This document shows positions 57,410-64,000 of a stretch of 64,000 nucleotides of DNA, piece after piece (within the stretch, counting starts at the first letter, position 1; every line of letters begins with the position of its first letter). Under the pieces are notes generated by a model that saw nothing but the letters and a program-made list of their open reading frames with translations, did no database searches and was not told where the DNA came from. Source of the DNA: Bacteriovoracaceae bacterium (GTDB lineage: Bacteria > Bdellovibrionota > Bacteriovoracia > Bacteriovoracales > Bacteriovoracaceae); NCBI GenBank assembly GCA_018649885.1, contig JABIHA010000084.1, positions 1-64,000 on the forward strand, in the 5' to 3' direction. The position numbers and the translations under genes were made by a program.

Positions 57410-59386
57410 TTATTGGTAAGTGAATGTCTGGCTATCAAGTCCATCCGAAACATCAAGTTTTCTATAAAGACTGCGTTTCTTCTCTTGATGAAACTCCATC
57501 TTGCTTAGAATATTTCCTAGAGTCTCAACGGCCAAGTCAATATATGGTCCCTTATTTAGCATCACACATTCGGCCCTCACAGACATTGCAGCATCTGTGA
57601 TTTCGGCCCTAGATGGGAGACCGGTACGGGCCAGATTTTCCAATACTTGGGTGGCCCAAATGACTGGGATATGACAAGCTTCACACAACCACAATATTTC
57701 TTCTTGAAGCTCAGCTAGTCTTTCAAAACCACACTCTACCGCTAAGTCTCCTCTGGCGATCATTACACCAACATTCGGATGTTTGAGAGATGATAGAAGA
57801 ATACGCCCTAGGTTATTAAAACCGGAGTTTGTCTCAATTTTGAGGTAGATACCAATATCTCTACTAGTAATCTGTGCCAGTTTCTTTAGGAAACTTTCAA
57901 CATCTTCATGACACCTAACAAATGATAAACCGATTAAGTCTGCATATTTTGCGGCAAACTCTAAATCTTTTAGATCTTTTTGTGTAGGCCACTTAATTAA
58001 AAGCTCAGAGTCAGGAAAATTGACACCCTTGAAGGATTTGAGCTTACTTCCCTCAATTTTGGCCCGAGTAATATTTAGAGTAAAGCGTGGGAAATCGATT
58101 TCTTTTATTTGTCCCGCAATTTTTCCATCATCGAATAGGATGCGGTCTCCGATTTTTAGTGAACGCAACTCTTCGTTTAGATTGCAAGTGACTTGGGCTG
58201 GAGTGATTTTCTTTCCTGTTTTTTTAGAAAATCTTGCATTGGCACCTAAGATATTTGAGTTTTCACCGCAGGCCCAAAAGTATATGTCTTCGCCGACATT
58301 TAGCTCAACATGGCCCAAATCGTGTGTTGGGAATACAAGTTTGAATTGAAAGACTTTTTCTCTGCTTTTTAGATACAGATCTGAGGATCTAGTGAGATAG
58401 ATTGATTTTTTACTTTCTACTACAACTTCACCAGGATGAACTTCACAAACACATAGTTTTCTCTTTTTCTTCCTACAGTCTTTTAGGTAAATTCGATCAC
58501 CTTTTTTGAAATTCTCAAATGTCTCATCTTGAACATAAAAAATTGAGGGAGCAATAGACTTTGCTTCTCGGTTTTTAAATGAGAGTGGTCGAATAGAAAA
58601 TTTTCCCGCTTCAGAAATTTTTCCATAGATATCTTTTCTGGATTTGAGTCTAAAGACCTGATCTTCCTCGGCAATTTGGCCGGTTCTAATTTTGGGGCCG
58701 GCGAGATCCATGCCTACCTTGCACTCACGCCCTTCCATACTTGAGGCAGTTTTTAATTGCTCAATGATACTTTTCCACTGCTCGGGACCTTCATATGCAC
58801 AGTTGACTCTAAGGATATTCATTCCCGCTTTCAACTGCTTTCTAAACCAATTGATATCAACTTCACTTGATTTAGGACAAGTCACCATTATGCTAATATG
58901 TCTGTCGCTAGGAATTTCACCCAAAAGTTTACTCGCATTTTCTGTTAGAATTTCTTGGCCTTTTTCGAAGCTGAGAGAGTGATTTCCATCAATTTCATTG
59001 TCTAACGTATTTTGTTCTTCCTCACTCAGACCATACATTTGTGAGACTCTTTTAATTACGTGCTCAAGTGTATTCATCACACTCGCTTCAGATCGACCCA
59101 GTGAAGAGAGGCCGTATTTGGGAAGCTTATGTTGAAGATGTCTAAGGTCTACTCCTCTTAAGGCCATATAATGAATAAAGTTCTTAGCACTTAGCTGTTT
59201 TGTTTCTCCCAGACTCGAAAAAAGGTGAGAGTGTTCAGTTGCATAATTTTGGATGTACTTTCTTAATTCGATCAAGTCACTTAGTAGAACTTGAAGCTCA
59301 TTTACTTGACCTTGGGGTGGATGTTGAAGATTCACTTTCTTCCCCTTCTTTATAAATCTTAAACTTGGTAGGATATTGCTCCTCAA
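57410..59386 (-). CDS. pyk: Pyruvate kinase (long variant)
   Basis: RVNCAY, DLAGPKIRTG, DDGKI, KGVN.P, SFVR, KIET, ARGDL, ATQVLE, RAEITD. GTG 59335 is a possible start. Confidence 0.9.
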   Translation of the reverse strand: MRSNILPSLRFIKKGKKVNLQHPPQGQVNELQVLLSDLIELRKYIQNYATEHSHLFSSLGETKQLSAKNFIHYMALRGVDLRHLQHKLPKYGLSSLGRSEASVMNTLEHVIKRVSQMYGLSEEEQNTLDNEIDGNHSLSFEKGQEILTENASKLLGEIPSDRHISIMVTCPKSSEVDINWFRKQLKAGMNILRVNCAYEGPEQWKSIIEQLKTASSMEGRECKVGMDLAGPKIRTGQIAEEDQVFRLKSRKDIYGKISEAGKFSIRPLSFKNREAKSIAPSIFYVQDETFENFKKGDRIYLKDCRKKKRKLCVCEVHPGEVVVESKKSIYLTRSSDLYLKSREKVFQFKLVFPTHDLGHVELNVGEDIYFWACGENSNILGANARFSKKTGKKITPAQVTCNLNEELRSLKIGDRILFDDGKIAGQIKEIDFPRFTLNITRAKIEGSKLKSFKGVNFPDSELLIKWPTQKDLKDLEFAAKYADLIGLSFVRCHEDVESFLKKLAQITSRDIGIYLKIETNSGFNNLGRILLSSLKHPNVGVMIARGDLAVECGFERLAELQEEILWLCEACHIPVIWATQVLENLARTGLPSRAEITDAAMSVRAECVMLNKGPYIDLAVETLGNILSKMEFHQEKKRSLYRKLDVSDGLDSQTFTYQ

Positions 59387-59598
59387 TGTCGCAAATTGTA
59401 ATGATTTATCTCACTTTGGGTAGAGTTTACAGACAGCTTTGTAGATGATTCGTTTTGCACTGGGCGAGAAATCAATTGAGTCAGCTATAGTCATGTATTT
59501 TTTTCAAAAACAAGCTCAGGGGAAGCTCCAAGGTCTGTCCGTTAAAATCGACAATTTATAGGATCTATGTAACTGTAATTGATCTGATTAAAAGGAAT

Positions 59599-61113
59599 TT
59601 GAATATGGGCGTTAAATGGATTTTCCCGCTTCTTTGGGTCTTACTTATTACTCAAGTTGTTTCTTGCTCTTCTGTGGGACGAAAGCAAACTGCCAAGTTT
59701 CGCCAACTTGTTAAAACTGGGCAGTACAAAGCAGCTAGTAAAATGGCCCATGGGGAGAAATTTCATTCCTCTAAAAAATCAGCACTTCTACGTTTGATCG
59801 AGACGGGACTAGTTGATCATTTTGCTGGCTATCATCATCTTTCAGCTCAAACATTTGAGAAGGCCCGCGAGCTAGGGAATAAATTATTTACAGTTAGCAT
59901 AAGTAAAAAAATAAAAACAGTTATAGTTGATGATACTTCAGATAATTATTATCCCAGCATGATGGTGCAATCACAGATTCGATTTTATCTAGCACTAAAT
60001 TATTATCTCGTTTCCACTCAGAAAAACTATCTCGCTCAAGCAGTTAACGATAAAAAAGATGAAAGTGAACAGGATTGGCAAGATAAACTTGTGGCAACTG
60101 AGCTCTCTGATGTTGATCGTAAAAATTATTTAATGAAATCTAGAGCCATACTTCTTGAGTGGGATTCGTTGATAAAAAACTTTCTTTCCCAATTTAAAGG
60201 AGATCCTGTTTTTAAAAATGATATGTCTCACAAATTATTGGGTGCTATTATCCATGAATCGGTTGGAACAAATATTGATCGTACAATCGCTAAGAATTTA
60301 CTGTTAGATGCTAAAAAATTACTCAACCGCAATTATGCTATGTACGACTATTTTAATCTAAATAATAAAAAATACATAAGTGATTTTGATACACTTCATA
60401 ATCTTAAAGAAAGCGAATTCAAAAAAAACTATATCGCTCCCACTTCCAGATATCACCAATTGATATCTTATGTGGATCAGCAAGTTAAGAGGCTTAAGAG
60501 TAAAAAGAATCGATCTAATTTCTCCTTGATTTTACAATACGGAATGGTTCCAGCAAAAGTTCAAAATGTGACCTATGTACCACTACCTGTCACTACCGGT
60601 CTTTCTATGAGTTACACAAATATTAAATTGCCAAAAATTACGCGCAAGAATCATCTCTACGATTTTTCACTTGAAATTCAAAAAAAAGGTAGTGAAAAAA
60701 AGGAGTTGATTCCTCTTGTCACAATGAATCCTATTTCAAGCATTGTGTATCGTGAATTTACAGAGGAGCTACCAGGAATCCAGGCCAAAACAATCGCCCG
60801 CTTTGTTACGAAACAAGTTGCAGCAGCAGCTTCAGGTGTTGCGGCCACTAATACCAAAGGAGGAGTCGCAGCAGGATTTGCTGTTTTGTCTTTAGCAAGT
60901 ACCATTTCTCAAGCTGTAGAGCAGGCAGATACTCGTCAATGGTCGATTCTTCCTCATGAGGCCCTATTGGGCAGGACCTATTTAGACTCAGGGGAATACC
61001 TTGTTCATTTAATCTCCATGAAAAATGGTAAAGAACTTCATCGAAAACTCATAAAAGTCGCCACAATTAATTCTGAAACTTCAAATGTATTAAATATAAA
61101 GATAGGTGATTAA
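59599..61113 (+). CDS. COG3014-like lipoprotein
   Basis: VVSC lipobox, TPR-like N-terminal region, EQADTRQWSILP. Confidence 0.75.
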   Translation: MNMGVKWIFPLLWVLLITQVVSCSSVGRKQTAKFRQLVKTGQYKAASKMAHGEKFHSSKKSALLRLIETGLVDHFAGYHHLSAQTFEKARELGNKLFTVSISKKIKTVIVDDTSDNYYPSMMVQSQIRFYLALNYYLVSTQKNYLAQAVNDKKDESEQDWQDKLVATELSDVDRKNYLMKSRAILLEWDSLIKNFLSQFKGDPVFKNDMSHKLLGAIIHESVGTNIDRTIAKNLLLDAKKLLNRNYAMYDYFNLNNKKYISDFDTLHNLKESEFKKNYIAPTSRYHQLISYVDQQVKRLKSKKNRSNFSLILQYGMVPAKVQNVTYVPLPVTTGLSMSYTNIKLPKITRKNHLYDFSLEIQKKGSEKKELIPLVTMNPISSIVYREFTEELPGIQAKTIARFVTKQVAAAASGVAATNTKGGVAAGFAVLSLASTISQAVEQADTRQWSILPHEALLGRTYLDSGEYLVHLISMKNGKELHRKLIKVATINSETSNVLNIKIGD

Positions 61114-61177
61114 TATTCTAGCTTAAAAATTGATCTTAAATTATATATACGCTACATTTTTATATTGTAAAAATTAG

Positions 61178-61705
61178 ATGGGAGTAAAGATGGAACTTAC
61201 GAGATTTTTATTAGTGCTAGTTTTTTGTTTTTCAGGAAATGTTTTTTCTAGCGAGTTAGAATTTAAAAATCTTCAACTAAATCCAACCACAGCGCAGTCT
61301 AGAAATATAGCCTCAAGTGGATCTAGCTCAGGAATATTTTCTACAACTAATCTCGCATGGACTACAATGACTTTTATTGCAGCAACGGCCCTTACAGGAA
61401 AAGAGAAAACGGCCACCTCTACACACCTTTCTCTAGCTTCTCTTGCAGGCTTAAGCTACGGTGCTTTCATTCACTCATATTTTAATGATGACGAGGCCAA
61501 ATCTCATACTGTCGCCGGGTGGTCTAAATGGTTTCACATCCCAGCAATGGTTCTTCTTCCAATTGCAGGTGCTGTTGCTCAAAGACAATTTGATAAGAAA
61601 GGCAAAAATTCAGCTTCTGGAATTGGATCTATTCACAAGCCAGCGGCACTAGCAGCTGTAGTGGCCATGTCACTTACTGCTCTTTCACTGACTTTCGAAT
61701 TCTAA
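61178..61705 (+). CDS. Hypothetical membrane protein with His-bearing TM helices
   Basis: Signal peptide, RNIAS, about four TM helices with His. Confidence 0.7.
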   Translation: MGVKMELTRFLLVLVFCFSGNVFSSELEFKNLQLNPTTAQSRNIASSGSSSGIFSTTNLAWTTMTFIAATALTGKEKTATSTHLSLASLAGLSYGAFIHSYFNDDEAKSHTVAGWSKWFHIPAMVLLPIAGAVAQRQFDKKGKNSASGIGSIHKPAALAAVVAMSLTALSLTFEF

Positions 61706-61706
61706 A

Positions 61707-62141
61707 TTAGCGGTTAAAGTTTTTTTCGCCATCATCGTCGTAATTAAATTTCTTACCACTTTTTTGCGGTTTTTTAGATGGCGATGGTGAAGGTGAGTGC
61801 TTTTTTGATTGTGTATTCTTAGCATTAAAATTCTTAGTGGGACCGTACTGCCTTCGGTATGTTTTTGATTTAGAAAATTCACTTTGCTGAGTTGTTCGAA
61901 AGTCATCATGAATTTCTGATTTATCAGCACAGTTAGAGCAGATCCATTCGGCGCTAATGAGAGCATTTTTGTGAACAAAGCGCTCAACATCTCGTTGATA
62001 ACAATTGCATATCTCACAGAAGTTTCTATCTTCTTGGTGTGATTCACTTTGCTTTTTTTGTTTTGTGGCCTTTACCGTTCTTTCATTTTGCGCTTTGGTA
62101 CTATTGTATCCAGCTTTTTTTAGTGCATCTTTCATAGACAT
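61707..62141 (-). CDS. Hypothetical basic protein with two CxxC motifs
   Basis: AGGAG RBS, CEIC and CSNC. Confidence 0.8.
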   Translation of the reverse strand: MSMKDALKKAGYNSTKAQNERTVKATKQKKQSESHQEDRNFCEICNCYQRDVERFVHKNALISAEWICSNCADKSEIHDDFRTTQQSEFSKSKTYRRQYGPTKNFNAKNTQSKKHSPSPSPSKKPQKSGKKFNYDDDGEKNFNR

Positions 62142-62363
62142 ACTACTTCTCCTGCTATGCCGATAGATCTGTAATTACACTACTTTATACTAATAAAGCC
62201 CTGGTTTTTCAATATTATGATTGATTCAAGGTTTCAAAGCTCATTCGCCCCGATGCAAAAAAACTACGAATTATCCACATTATGGACGCTAAGTATGTAG
62301 ATTTTTTAGACTCTTAGGCCGTTTGATCATTAATTTGTTAATTAAGTTTTGAGGATAGAGATT

Positions 62364-62620
62364 ATGAAATATTTTACTAAATTACTTTTTTGTAGTGGCC
62401 TACTCATTTGCTGGGTTGCCCAGGGCACAGAACTCGATAGTCTTACATTAGGGATGCCCAGCTGATGGACTCTCTTGAAGTTATTGACGAGGAAGTTAAC
62501 CGGAGGATGGAGCTAGCACTGAGTGAAATGAAAGATGGAGGTGATTGTAAAGCAGGCCATATTTTACACGCCGTTGGCTCAAAACTCGCGGCCCCTTGGC
62601 TTTTAAATCCAAATTTTTAA
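62364..62620 (+). pseudogene. Frameshifted, truncated secreted-protein gene remnant
   Basis: GAGG RBS, MKYFTKLLFCSGLLICWVAQGTELDSLTL, stop at 62463-65; the shifted frame continues RDAQLMDSLEVIDEEVNRR... to TAA 62620. Confidence 0.55.
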
Positions 62621-62628
62621 ATAGTTTT

Positions 62629-63315
62629 TTATTCAACAGTAAGCTTAGCTTCTTGGAGAAGAGTGGAGTATTTATAGTTGTAGCCAAAGTCTTTATCAAT
62701 GACGACTTTTCCTGAAACAACGATTGTATCACCAACTTTTACCGTATCATTTGTAGTCACAGTTAAGTCGTGGCTTCCATTTTTTCCACTTCCATCTTGC
62801 ACATGAACCCAATTGAGCTTCATGATTTTTGGAGAAAATTTAACAACTTTCCCTCTCACCTGAACTGTTTTATTTACTAGTTTTTTTCTTTTTGTGTGTA
62901 TTTCAGAAACTAAGTATTGAGCCTTTTTAATACTGCCCATTTTGACTTTAGAGCTTACTCCGCCAGCTTTTTTTTGCAGTTGGATAAAACTGGTGAAATA
63001 GATTTTCTTAAAAGTTCTACCGAGTGTCTTACTGGTGAAATTCACCATCGGGTTTCCTTTAATAAACTCTACCTGATCACCTTTTTGTAGTGAAACCTTT
63101 GTGGCAGCTGTCCACAGTTTTTCCTTTTTATTATCAATAAGCACATAGGTGTAACCACCAGAGTTCATCGTTTCAACTACAACACCTTTGTGTAATAGTT
63201 TTGGATCTATCTTGCCTGCTTTTTTTGCAACTTTATCACGTGGAAACGCGTATAGAGTTGAAGAGAAAACAATTACTAGAAGTAAAAAAACTGATTTAAG
63301 AGAAGACATATTCAT
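62629..63315 (-). CDS. Periplasmic tandem OB-fold protein
   Basis: Signal peptide, VVETMNSGGYTY..W.A, V.VRGKVVK..IM..NWVH.QDG. Confidence 0.8.
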   Translation of the reverse strand: MNMSSLKSVFLLLVIVFSSTLYAFPRDKVAKKAGKIDPKLLHKGVVVETMNSGGYTYVLIDNKKEKLWTAATKVSLQKGDQVEFIKGNPMVNFTSKTLGRTFKKIYFTSFIQLQKKAGGVSSKVKMGSIKKAQYLVSEIHTKRKKLVNKTVQVRGKVVKFSPKIMKLNWVHVQDGSGKNGSHDLTVTTNDTVKVGDTIVVSGKVVIDKDFGYNYKYSTLLQEAKLTVE

Positions 63316-63475
63316 ACCACTACCTTGAAAAGTTAATAGTTATTGTTTGATCACGCAATATAGCAAATTCTTGTGACTTTGAGATAGGGTTTTCTTAACT
63401 TTTAATTTTTGCAACGCGATGAATTTGGGCAAAAACCTGCCTTAGACCATGCTTTTTGGGCCTCTATCAATACTT

Positions 63476-64000
63476 CTATAGATTTAGCGAGAGCGACCAA
63501 GCAAAGACAAGTTGTGCTCCGTAATATAAAGGAAGCCCGATCAGTCGATTTACAAACTCTTCTTTTACAAAGCGATTTCTCGCTACTGCAATATCAGAGA
63601 AATAAAATAGAAGGGCAGCCATAAGAATTACCTTTGGTGCTCCAGCCCCTACGACAGAAAATGCTGAGATCACCATCAAGGAGATCACGCTTATGTAGGC
63701 AATAACAGGAATCTTAAAATCACTTGAGATACTTTTTGAAAGTTGGGTCCAAATTAATTTTCCTAGTACGGTGATGAAGGCAAGGCCCACAAGCATCCAG
63801 GTAGCACTAAATACTTTTTGACCGAGGATAAAGGCTACCATGTAAAAGAGATGACCAATTAAGAAAGAAGCAATCCCCATTTTAAATATTTTTTCTTTGG
63901 GAGAGAGAAGAAATAGATCTCCAAAGAGACAAAAGACCATAGAGATAGCAATTCCTTTTCCATAAAAGCCTTTATCCCAGGCTCCCAGTGATAGTGCCAA
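63476..64000 (-). CDS. YhhN-family lysoplasmalogenase, 5' part outside the window
   Basis: GDLFLL, FLIGHLFY, FYFSD, YY.AQ. Confidence 0.88.
   Translation of the reverse strand: MALSLGAWDKGFYGKGIAISMVFCLFGDLFLLSPKEKIFKMGIASFLIGHLFYMVAFILGQKVFSATWMLVGLAFITVLGKLIWTQLSKSISSDFKIPVIAYISVISLMVISAFSVVGAGAPKVILMAALLFYFSDIAVARNRFVKEEFVNRLIGLPLYYGAQLVFAWSLSLNL

Noticed and set aside
1..64000. Prophage, IS or anti-phage defence island
   Set aside because: No integrase, transposase, phage structural gene or recognisable defence gene in the window.

Overview
AT-rich bacterial chromosomal window with about 60 CDSs. I saw no rRNA, tRNA, CRISPR array, integrase or transposase. The gene content (many secreted hypothetical proteins, AgmX/PglI-like, FliG-C-like, CotH, M48-like and COG3014 proteins, sigma28-like promoters) suggests a Bdellovibrionota predator (Bacteriovoracaceae/Halobacteriovorax-like); this is inference only. 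Recognisable blocks are a heme-copper oxidase operon, a GMC oxidoreductase plus tocopherol-cyclase-like pair, ALDH, a K+ channel, ppk2, tldD/tldE, a pstS-phoU-pstCAB-B operon and pyruvate kinase. Main observations: (1) the A-family cytochrome c oxidase keeps its D-channel and active-site Tyr but lacks all canonical K-channel residues and has new membrane glutamates; (2) a >=590-aa minus-strand gene missed by the ORF track (two Ig-like domains, 11 Tyr-rich CX12C repeats, (PKKPG)n tail) lies divergent from a secreted tyrosinase, a candidate DOPA adhesive/cross-linking system; (3) a structured, sigma54-promoted candidate ncRNA followed by a 31-bp inverted repeat near 35.1-35.4 kb; (4) a reciprocally degenerate PstB pair and a PhoU fused to a dead LMW-phosphatase/ArsC domain; (5) a GLUG lipoprotein cut off from its signal peptide by a 1-nt shift at an A6 tract. 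All family calls come from motif recognition by eye, without database searches.
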